Virus record (IMG/VR): IMGVR_UViG_3300009159_000032
Source: a virus
Length of the DNA: 64,000 nt
Reading direction: 5' to 3' (one strand)
Part shown: positions 55,683-64,000 of the stretch, in pieces
Layout of the letters: every line of letters starts with the position of its first letter
How positions within the stretch are numbered: position 1 is the stretch's first letter
The notes under the pieces: generated by a model
Told to the model about the DNA's origin: nothing
Databases searched by the model: none
What the model saw: the letters and a program-made list of their open reading frames with translations, nothing else
Translations under genes and position numbers: made by a program

Positions 55683-58600
55683 ATGGCACAAGCTGATTTC
55701 ATCGTTAAAAACGGTGCGGTAATCCTTAATGGTCAAACTGCAACGTCAACTAGCACAACAACAGGTGCTCTGGTCATTCAAGGTGGCATAGGTCTATCTG
55801 GCAATTCAACCTTTGGCGGCAAGTTAAACATAACAAATGCCACAAGCTCAACAAATTCAACTACAGGTGCATTTACTGTCTTAGGTGGCGCAGGATTCTA
55901 CAGTGATGTTAACATAGGCGGAGGTTTAAGAGTCGGCGGAGTTGACTTAATGACCTACGATGGAACAATATATTATGTTTCAGATGCTACAGGTAATGAC
56001 GGCAATGACGGACACAGAATACAAAGTGCATTTCGTACAATTAAATACGCATTGAGTCAAACAAATGTTGGAGACACAGTTTTTGTTGAAGCAGGTAATT
56101 ATCAAGAACAATTTCCATTAACTGTTCCTAAAGGAGTAAGCATACGTGGCGCTGGACTACGCGAAGTTTATGTTTATCCCACAACTGCTACAAACACTCA
56201 AAGTGCTTTTTTACTCAACGGTGAAACAACTATCAGTGACTTTACTGTTGGCGGTTTTTACAAACCAGGATATGCATTTAAATATGCAAATTCAGCAACT
56301 ATCACAACACGCAGTCCATATGTAGAAAGATTTTCAGTAATTACTAGAGGATCAAATCCTACAGCCAATGACCCTTACGGTTTTGACAGCAACGATGCAG
56401 GTGGCGGTGCATATCTTGACGGTAGTCAGGTGTCGGCAAACAGTTTAGAAGCAGCATTTTTATTTAATGAAGCAACATTTATCACGCCAAGTTCGACTGC
56501 GGTGTATATTACCAACGGTACTAGAGTTGAATTATTAAACGGGTTTAGTTATTTTTCAGACAAAGGTATAGTTGCAACTAGTGGTAGTACAGGTTGGGGC
56601 GGCCAAGGTAGAACAAGACTAAGATTAGCAAATACCACTGGTACATTTACTGTAGGACATAATTTATATTACATTGGCAGTACTGGCACTGTGCTAGCCA
56701 GTGGTGTAATTAATCAAGTGACTCCTGAATATGTTTACCTAACTGGCAAGGCCAGCGGATTTGTTGAAGCAGCTGATAGAACTGGTAAGACTGTTAACGT
56801 ACTTGGCAACACACAAGTCAGTAGCTTCCAAAAGAAATTTGGAACAGCATCTGCACGTTTTACCACAGACGGGGACTTATTAGAAATTGGTAGTGATGCT
56901 GATTTACAGTACGGTTTCAGTACATATACTTTAGAAGCATGGGTTCATTTAACTGCAAATGGCAGAAAACAATATATTATCAACAAAGGTAATACTGCTG
57001 CAACTGCGTTTGGTTTATATTTAGAAACTAGCAATAAACTAACAGGTCAACACGGTACAACAGTATTCACAGCAACCACAGTACTCAGCACAGGCACTTG
57101 GTATCATGTAATGATGAGCAGAGATTCTGCAAATCAAAACAGATTGTTTGTTAATGGTGTACTAGAAGCCACAACCACCGCATCAGCTAATGTTACAAAT
57201 TCTGATAATTTAACAATTGGTGGTTATTCTGGAACAAGTAACCTGTCATTAAGAGGTTATCTTGATGAAATACGTGTTAGTACTGTGGCTAGATACACCA
57301 ATAGTTTTACAGTACCCACAGCGTCTTATAATTCAGATGTAAGTACTACAATTTTAATTCACGCTGACGGTGCAGACGGCAGCATCAATATTACAGATGA
57401 CGGCCTAGGTAGTCAAAATGTTTATTCTACCACAGCATCATATACTGCCGCAGTGGTTGCCAGTGCTCAACAAATTACTCTAGCTGACTATAGACAGTTC
57501 GGCGGTGAAATGCGTAGTATTGGTTCAGCTGTGTGTTACGGTAATTATGGTATATATGCAGACGGCGAAGGTATCGACTTAAAAGCAATTGCTTTTAATA
57601 TGAGCTACATTGGTAGCGGAAAAGATTTTACCAACGATCCAAATCTAGCAGTACAAGCCAATGAGATTGTTGCACTAAATGGCGCTAAAGTTTACTATCA
57701 AACAGTTGACCATTTAGGAGATTTCCGTGTTGGTCCCGAATTCCGTATTAATCAACGTACAGGCAATGTTGATTTTGGTACGGCAAACTTTAATTTAGGC
57801 CCTTTATCTAGTTTAACAATCAGTGACGGAGTTAATTCGTCTGTGTTAACTCCAACCAGTATTCAAATTGGTCAGTTGTTATTCTCAGGTAGTAGAATAC
57901 AAACCAGCAGTGGTAATTTAACTATAGATCCTGCAGGCACACTAGTAACAATTGAAAGCGATTTACAGGTTAACGGAGCATTAAATTTTACTGGACAAAT
58001 TTTAGCTACTAGTGTTGCAAACAGCACGTCAACTACAACTGGTGCATTAGTAGTAAGCGGTGGAGTCGGTATTGCTAAAGATCTAGTTGTGGGAGGCAAT
58101 ACATATCTTCAAGGTGATTTATATGTAGACGGCGATCAATTTCAACTTAATAGTAATAATTTAAACATTGGCGACAAAACTATAAGTTTAAGTACAGGTG
58201 CATTTACTGCATCAATCGCTGCTCTAAGCGGTTTACAAATTGGACCATCAGCAACTCCTCACATTACATGGTTATATGACGGTGTTAATAATTGGGTATC
58301 AAGTAACGGTATTAAATCAACAAATACTTTAACAGTTATTTCTTCCGTTAATGCTATTAATACAACAACAGGTGCTTTACAAGTTGCAGGTGGCGTTGGA
58401 ATTGGTGGAGATTTATACGCTAAGAATGCCTACGATAGTTTAGGAAAATTAATTTCTACAGGTACTATTGCTAGCTATGCAGTTACTAATTTATCTGCAG
58501 GTGCAGATATTAATCTAACTGCTAATGTTGGTGCTGTTACTGTTTCAAACACTTCAACATTACAAACTGTCACGGCAAGGGGTTCTAGTACAAATGTAAT

Positions 58601-61600
58601 TGTTCGTTTTTCAAATACAACTAATTCAATTGGCACAGACACCGGCGCTGTTACTATTGCAGGCGGCTTAGGAGTAGGTGGCGATATTTACGGCACTGGA
58701 ATTTACAGTAATGGTAGTGCCGTGGTTACTGTAGGTACTATAGGTAGTCTTGGAGTCACTGCAATAGTTGCGGGCACAGATACTGCGGTTAGTACTTCAA
58801 CTGGTGTAGTCACAGTTTGGAATACCTCAACATTACAAACAGTTACATCAAGAGGTTCGACAACTACAGCTAAGATCAGTATACTAAACAATACTGCATC
58901 AACATCAACAACAACCGGAGCCTTAACTATTGAAGGCGGTCTAGGAGTTGGTGGAGCTATATATGCTAAAGGAACTATCTATTCTAATGGATTTCCAGTG
59001 CTTATTGCAGAATCTGACACATTGCAGTCAGTTACTGGAAGGGGTAACACAACAGATAGACCAATACTCATTACTAATACTGCCAGTTCTACTGCTACTA
59101 GTTCAGGGGCATTAATTGTCACTGGTGGTGTAGCCGTTGGAGAAAATTTAAGTGTTGGCGGATATGCAGCTATTACAGGAAATGCCACAGTTAGTGGCGA
59201 TGTAGCAGTAGAAGGTGGAACAGTTTCACTGAATGCAGTATCTAACGAAATTATTTCAACTACTGGCGATGTTAATATTATTACAACTGTTGGTAAAATT
59301 GGAATACGTTCGGTTCCTGGTGGATTAATATCACTAACTGCTACTAATATTGTACTAGATGGAAAAACATCCATCTTAAGTTCTGCAACATCTACAGGCA
59401 CAACAACCGGAGCACTAACGGTTAATGGAGGAGTTGGAGTTAGTGGTGAAATATATGCTGGTAATATGTTTGCCAACGGTAGTCAAGTTTTAACCAATGC
59501 AACACTTGGCTCATATGGTGTGATTTCTATCAGCACAGGCTCTGGAATATCAATTAACACGTCAACTGGTGCTGTAACAATCACATCAGTAGATACTCTT
59601 GAGTTAGTGACTGGTAGAGGTAATAGTACCACAAATCCAATTTACATAACCAATGTAACAGATTCAACTGGAACAAACACAGGAGCACTGATAGTCAGTG
59701 GCGGTACTAATTTACGAGGAAATTTAAATGTTGCTGGTAATACAACAGCAACGAATGTGTTAATTAATAATACTTTAACAGTATATGGTACTATTCAATC
59801 ATTTAACACTATCAATTCTACAGGTACTACAACTGGTGCTGTAATACTAGTAGGAGGATTAGGTGTTGGGAAAGATCTATATGCTGCAAACATATATGGT
59901 ACTACAGTTTATGATAACAACAAACGAGTAGTTACAGATGTAACACCTGTAGCTGGATCGGGCATCAGTATTTCAGGATTAACCAGTGTCGGCCCTAGCG
60001 TAACTTTTAATATAAACAATACTGGTGTTATAGCATTACAAGGCTCTACATATATTGGTATAAGTTCTGCAACTGGTATTATTTCGTTAACTAATCTAGG
60101 GGTACAAACATTAACTGCTGGAACAGATACTGTAGTAAGTTCTAGTACCGGCACAATTACTATTTGGAACAACAGTACACTACAATCAGTGACTGATCGA
60201 GGTAACACTACCAATCGAGCAATTAGTATTTCAAACGCCACTGATGCCAATACGTCAACTGCTGGCGCATTAATTGTTTCAGGCGGTGTTGGCGTTGGTA
60301 AAAATTTAATTGTTGGAGCCAATGCAACAATTTACGGAAATTTACAAGTATACGGAACCTCCACTTATGTAAATTCTACACAAACTGTGATTGTTGACCC
60401 AGTAATAGATATTGGTACTGGCCCAAACAACACCGCACTTGGTGTTAATGATGGATTTGATAGGGGTCTACTATTACATTACAATACTACAGCTTCACTA
60501 AACACAGCATACGATAATCATTCGTTCATAGGCATGGATAATGCCACACAGACATTTGTTTATAAGACAAATATCTATCCGGGTGCAGGACAGACATTTC
60601 CGTCATTGTTTAGTAATACAGGAACATTTGGCGATGCAAAATTTGGTAGTCTACAACTAACAGCCGCAACCAGTGCTACAAGTACCACAACAGGTGCATT
60701 GGTTGTTACCGGTGGAGTGGGAATTGGTGGTAATTTATATGTTAACAACACAATCTATTCTGGAGGTCTTGAAGTACTAACAACATCGAGTCTAGGTTCA
60801 GGAGGCGTTGGTGTTAGTACAATATTTGCAGGCACAGACACTGCGGTCAGTGCTAATTTTGGCGCAGTTACTATATGGAATACCAGTACACTACAATCAA
60901 TAACCAATCGAGGTGCTGCAACATCTAACGTAATTACGTTAACAAACACCACCCCTTCATCAAATACCAGTTCTGGGGCATTAATTGTCTATGGCGGAGT
61001 AGGCATTGGCGGTAATTTATATGTGGCTAACACCAGTTTTGTTTCTGGTGCTCAAATTATAACTACCGCAACTATTGGTTTATTTGCAGTATCTAGTCTT
61101 ACTGCTGGCACAGATACCGCAATCAGTACATCAACTGGTAATATAACCGTATGGAACACTAGTACATTACAGTCAATCACTAACAGAGGATCAACTACCA
61201 CTAACGCTATTGCAATCACTAATACTACAACATCAGTGTCAACCAGCACAGGTGCATTGGTTGTAGCAGGTGGTGTCGGTATTGCCAGTGATGTATATAT
61301 TGGCAAAACATTATCTGTAAACGCTGTTGGTTCAAAGTTACTTATAGACGGTGGCAATGGAATTATAGCCCAAGCTGGCAGTAATTTAAGATTACAAGCA
61401 GGAGCAAATGGTGCATCGAGTACGCATGGTAATTTAGTATTATCAAACAACGGCGGCGTTACCATATCCGGCGGAAACAGCTATCTTTACACAGGCACCA
61501 ATGTTGGTATTTGGTTAAACGGTGGATACGGTGAAGTGTATGTTGGTAAAAATACTGTAGCTTCGTCATCAACTTTCGGTGCTTTTGTTGTAACTGGCGG

Positions 61601-62096
61601 CGCGGGTATTGGTAAAAATATATTAGTAGGTTCTGGCGCAATAACTAGAACTGGCGCAGTACAAAATGCTTATGCCAGTGGAAGTTTTGCTGTTGACGGC
61701 GACGCCCAAGCTGGCATTTACGTCCTAAGACGATCAATAGCTTCTACAACTCCTACAGCACTAACATCAGACGGTGCCACAGCATCTGGATCAAATCAAA
61801 TTGTTTTACCAAATGATTCAACATTTGCTTTTAGAATTCTTGTTAGTGTTAGAGCCATAACCAGCAACCAAGCTGGGGCCTGGGAATTTAACGGAGTTAT
61901 TACTAGAAATACTGGCGTAGCAACTACAACTTTGAGAGTAGTTAACAAAACTAAAATTTGGTCAAGCGTTGCAGGATATGACGTAAATGTTGTTGCAGAT
62001 GTTACAAACGGTGCTTTACAAATTTTAGCTAACGGTGCAGATGCCAATACTGTGAGATTTGTGGCAAAAGTTGATACCACAGAAGTGACCGGTTAA
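55683..62096 (+). CDS. Giant tail-fibre/adhesin-like protein with beta-helix, LamG-like lectin domain and repeats (2137 aa)
   Basis: N-terminal DFIVKNG; YYVSDATGNDGNDG beta-helix start; YTLEAWV...WYHV...LFVNG...GYLDEIRVS LamG pattern; about 15 TGAL repeats and 7 TLQSVTxRG repeats. Confidence 0.82.
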   Translation: MAQADFIVKNGAVILNGQTATSTSTTTGALVIQGGIGLSGNSTFGGKLNITNATSSTNSTTGAFTVLGGAGFYSDVNIGGGLRVGGVDLMTYDGTIYYVSDATGNDGNDGHRIQSAFRTIKYALSQTNVGDTVFVEAGNYQEQFPLTVPKGVSIRGAGLREVYVYPTTATNTQSAFLLNGETTISDFTVGGFYKPGYAFKYANSATITTRSPYVERFSVITRGSNPTANDPYGFDSNDAGGGAYLDGSQVSANSLEAAFLFNEATFITPSSTAVYITNGTRVELLNGFSYFSDKGIVATSGSTGWGGQGRTRLRLANTTGTFTVGHNLYYIGSTGTVLASGVINQVTPEYVYLTGKASGFVEAADRTGKTVNVLGNTQVSSFQKKFGTASARFTTDGDLLEIGSDADLQYGFSTYTLEAWVHLTANGRKQYIINKGNTAATAFGLYLETSNKLTGQHGTTVFTATTVLSTGTWYHVMMSRDSANQNRLFVNGVLEATTTASANVTNSDNLTIGGYSGTSNLSLRGYLDEIRVSTVARYTNSFTVPTASYNSDVSTTILIHADGADGSINITDDGLGSQNVYSTTASYTAAVVASAQQITLADYRQFGGEMRSIGSAVCYGNYGIYADGEGIDLKAIAFNMSYIGSGKDFTNDPNLAVQANEIVALNGAKVYYQTVDHLGDFRVGPEFRINQRTGNVDFGTANFNLGPLSSLTISDGVNSSVLTPTSIQIGQLLFSGSRIQTSSGNLTIDPAGTLVTIESDLQVNGALNFTGQILATSVANSTSTTTGALVVSGGVGIAKDLVVGGNTYLQGDLYVDGDQFQLNSNNLNIGDKTISLSTGAFTASIAALSGLQIGPSATPHITWLYDGVNNWVSSNGIKSTNTLTVISSVNAINTTTGALQVAGGVGIGGDLYAKNAYDSLGKLISTGTIASYAVTNLSAGADINLTANVGAVTVSNTSTLQTVTARGSSTNVIVRFSNTTNSIGTDTGAVTIAGGLGVGGDIYGTGIYSNGSAVVTVGTIGSLGVTAIVAGTDTAVSTSTGVVTVWNTSTLQTVTSRGSTTTAKISILNNTASTSTTTGALTIEGGLGVGGAIYAKGTIYSNGFPVLIAESDTLQSVTGRGNTTDRPILITNTASSTATSSGALIVTGGVAVGENLSVGGYAAITGNATVSGDVAVEGGTVSLNAVSNEIISTTGDVNIITTVGKIGIRSVPGGLISLTATNIVLDGKTSILSSATSTGTTTGALTVNGGVGVSGEIYAGNMFANGSQVLTNATLGSYGVISISTGSGISINTSTGAVTITSVDTLELVTGRGNSTTNPIYITNVTDSTGTNTGALIVSGGTNLRGNLNVAGNTTATNVLINNTLTVYGTIQSFNTINSTGTTTGAVILVGGLGVGKDLYAANIYGTTVYDNNKRVVTDVTPVAGSGISISGLTSVGPSVTFNINNTGVIALQGSTYIGISSATGIISLTNLGVQTLTAGTDTVVSSSTGTITIWNNSTLQSVTDRGNTTNRAISISNATDANTSTAGALIVSGGVGVGKNLIVGANATIYGNLQVYGTSTYVNSTQTVIVDPVIDIGTGPNNTALGVNDGFDRGLLLHYNTTASLNTAYDNHSFIGMDNATQTFVYKTNIYPGAGQTFPSLFSNTGTFGDAKFGSLQLTAATSATSTTTGALVVTGGVGIGGNLYVNNTIYSGGLEVLTTSSLGSGGVGVSTIFAGTDTAVSANFGAVTIWNTSTLQSITNRGAATSNVITLTNTTPSSNTSSGALIVYGGVGIGGNLYVANTSFVSGAQIITTATIGLFAVSSLTAGTDTAISTSTGNITVWNTSTLQSITNRGSTTTNAIAITNTTTSVSTSTGALVVAGGVGIASDVYIGKTLSVNAVGSKLLIDGGNGIIAQAGSNLRLQAGANGASSTHGNLVLSNNGGVTISGGNSYLYTGTNVGIWLNGGYGEVYVGKNTVASSSTFGAFVVTGGAGIGKNILVGSGAITRTGAVQNAYASGSFAVDGDAQAGIYVLRRSIASTTPTALTSDGATASGSNQIVLPNDSTFAFRILVSVRAITSNQAGAWEFNGVITRNTGVATTTLRVVNKTKIWSSVAGYDVNVVADVTNGALQILANGADANTVRFVAKVDTTEVTG

Positions 62097-62103
62097 ACAT
62101 GCA

Positions 62104-62109
62104 TAAATA
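62104..62109 (+). promoter_or_regulatory. Late promoter core (TAAATA)
   Basis: Lies 20 nt upstream of ATG 62130. Confidence 0.55.
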
Positions 62110-62129
62110 TGGAATAATGATAGCAAACT

Positions 62130-64000
62130 ATGTCAATTAATTTAGATACAAATCAACAAGGCAGTGTTACCCTAATAGGACCCTCAACAGGTACAGTCTC
62201 TTTGACTTTACCAAGTTCAGCAAATACCAGCGGATGGGTTTTATCTACAGACGGAACTGGTATTTTAGGATTTATTCCTCCAGGAACTGGTGCTTCTGGA
62301 ATTAACGGTGCTACTGGTGCAACAGGTGCTACTGGTATTACAGGGTCTACTGGCGCTACTGGATCAACCGGTCCTATAGGTTCAACAGGTGCTACAGGTT
62401 TGCAGGGATCTACTGGTTTACAAGGTGGCACAGGTGCAACAGGTTTAACTGGATCAACAGGAGCCGGCGGAACTATTGGCGCTCAAGGTAGTACAGGTGC
62501 TACTGGTCTTCAAGGTGCAACTGGTGCAACTGGTTTTACTGGTGCAACGGGCGGGGCTGGTGTTGAAGGTGCAACTGGTGCTACTGGATTACAAGGTGCT
62601 ACTGGTGCTATTGGATCAACAGGTGCTACTGGTGCTACTGGCCCGGCGGGTGCTACCGGTGCTGCTGGTGGTGCAGGTTCTCAAGGTGCTACTGGTCTGG
62701 GATATGATGTAACATCTGCTAGCTCATTTACCCTATCAACTGGTAGTAAAACTTTTACAGTGAACAAAGCTAATGCCTATGTTATTGGCAGTCGAGTGCA
62801 AGTTACATATACTTCAATTACCAGCAATTTTTTACAAGGTGTTATTACTGGAATTGCTGGCCTAAACATAACAGTCCTTGTTGACCTAGTCAACGGATCA
62901 GTTGGTGCAGGTCCTTACGCTAGTTGGACATTTAGTGTAACAGGACTAATTGGTAGTACTGGTGCCACCGGTACTGCTGGATCGTCAGGGGCAACAGGGG
63001 CAACAGGACCTGGCGGTACCGCAGGAAATCAAGGATCAACTGGTGCCACTGGGCAACAAGGTAATTTAGGATCAACTGGTGCTACCGGTCCAATTGGTGC
63101 TACAGGCGGTGCTGGCGGTGTTGGTAATCAGGGAACAACAGGTGCTACTGGACCAACTGGCGCAACTGGCGCAACAGGTGCAACTGGATTTACAGGCTCA
63201 ACTGGTGCTACCGGTCCAAGCGGTACTGGCGGCTCTACTGGAGCTACAGGTATTGGTATAGCTGGAGCAAATGCCTGGACCCCTCAATATACAGCTAACA
63301 TTATTACCAGTACAAATTATACCGTTTATACCAAAGTAGGCGGAACTAACGGATCTTGGGACGGACAAGTTTATTCTGTAGAAGGATTTACTCGAGGTGC
63401 ATTTGCAGCAGCAATGGTTGATACAACAACCAGTCGAGTAATGTTTGGCTTAAATTCGGATCCAGCAAACAGCACAAACTTTGTTGATCTTGATTATGCT
63501 TTCTATTTCAACCAAGGATCATTAGTAGTATACGAAAGTGGTGCCAGTGTATCTACCTACGGAGCATACACTACATCAACCAGCTGTTTGATTGTATATG
63601 ACGGTGCAACTGTTCGATATTACGTTAACGGAGTACAGCATTACAGCACTCCTCGAGTAGTAGGCAATGCACTGTATTTTGATTCTTCATTTAACACTGC
63701 AAATGCACAGTTGAAAAATGTAGCTTATGGCGCTGCCGGCGAACAAGGTGTAGGTGGTTCTACAGGTTTTGGTTATGACGCAGGTGCAGCTAATCAGGTT
63801 ATATACAAAGACGCTAGTAACTTAGTTGCTGGCTCTGCAAACTTAACATTTGACGGCACTAATTTAAGTTTACAAGGCGCATTAAGATTTGACAGTAAGA
63901 CCAGTTGGGATCATACTGAGACAGTTTATTCAGGCGGCCCAAATCTAGCATATCATGTGCTTAAATCAGGATTCAAAAGTGCCAGTTTCTTAGATGAAAA
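62130..64000 (+). CDS. Collagen-like fibre protein, partial (>623 aa, runs off the right edge; absent from the ORF track)
   Basis: Starts [21 protein letters not shown]. Two Gly-X-Y tracts (about 62283-62702 and 62943-63270), mostly GAT/GST, separated and followed by beta-rich domains. Hand translation is open to the edge. Confidence 0.88.
   Translation, partial: MSINLDTNQQGSVTLIGPSTGTVSLTLPSSANTSGWVLSTDGTGILGFIPPGTGASGINGATGATGATGITGSTGATGSTGPIGSTGATGLQGSTGLQGGTGATGLTGSTGAGGTIGAQGSTGATGLQGATGATGFTGATGGAGVEGATGATGLQGATGAIGSTGATGATGPAGATGAAGGAGSQGATGLGYDVTSASSFTLSTGSKTFTVNKANAYVIGSRVQVTYTSITSNFLQGVITGIAGLNITVLVDLVNGSVGAGPYASWTFSVTGLIGSTGATGTAGSSGATGATGPGGTAGNQGSTGATGQQGNLGSTGATGPIGATGGAGGVGNQGTTGATGPTGATGATGATGFTGSTGATGPSGTGGSTGATGIGIAGANAWTPQYTANIITSTNYTVYTKVGGTNGSWDGQVYSVEGFTRGAFAAAMVDTTTSRVMFGLNSDPANSTNFVDLDYAFYFNQGSLVVYESGASVSTYGAYTTSTSCLIVYDGATVRYYVNGVQHYSTPRVVGNALYFDSSFNTANAQLKNVAYGAAGEQGVGGSTGFGYDAGAANQVIYKDASNLVAGSANLTFDGTNLSLQGALRFDSKTSWDHTETVYSGGPNLAYHVLKSGFKSASFLDE

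Noticed and set aside
35408-62096. Diversity-generating retroelement acting on fibre tips
   Set aside because: No reverse transcriptase is present, and I saw no template/variable repeat pair differing only at adenines. The observed repeat differences are mixed and mostly synonymous.
53016-62431. Many antisense ORFs (e.g. 54108-55007, 58979-59476, 59909-60322)
   Set aside because: Gly/Thr/Ala/Val-rich sense genes rarely generate antisense stop codons. The products are PPT/V mirror repeats with no expression signals.
52393-63270. Periodic DNA repeats as a possible CRISPR or guide array
   Set aside because: The repeats are degenerate at third codon positions, lie inside long ORFs, and lack constant repeat-spacer periodicity or cas genes.
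1-64000. Stop-codon reassignment, as seen in some large phages
   Set aside because: ORFs up to 2769 aa are intact in the standard code. TAA, TGA (16840, 35275) and TAG (20600) all end plausible genes.

Overview
The window is 64 kb of an AT-rich, large T4-like (myovirus) bacteriophage genome read in the standard genetic code; the host cannot be determined from the sequence. It has five blocks. (1) 1-15827, minus strand: baseplate module (tube-initiator-like, gp53-like, hub, gp5-like spike with a lysozyme-fold domain, gp25, gp6, and a giant ORF running off the left edge). (2) 15935-20600, plus strand: island with sigma70-like promoters carrying late sigma factor gp55, gp47/gp46, two Hc1-like small proteins and a GIY-YIG nuclease, followed by about 470 nt of GC-enriched, hairpin-rich non-coding DNA. 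(3) 21072-25264: low-complexity protein, gp26-like tail chaperone with a likely -1 frameshift extension, and tape measure. (4) 25268-31364: head module (gp20 portal, core proteins, gp21, gp22, gp23), then an Asp/Asn beta-hydroxylase-like gene. (5) 32195-64000: repeat-rich virion/fibre genes ending in a partial collagen-like ORF. Fifteen TAAATA/TATAAATA late-promoter boxes sit at gene boundaries. Best leads: the GIY-YIG gene abutting a candidate large structured RNA (20172-21070), the T-TTT-TTC slippery site (22264-22270), two structured late leaders, and about 1-kb repeat cassettes nested inside other repeats of the 2769-aa protein. All product calls come from motif recognition and gene order, not database searches.
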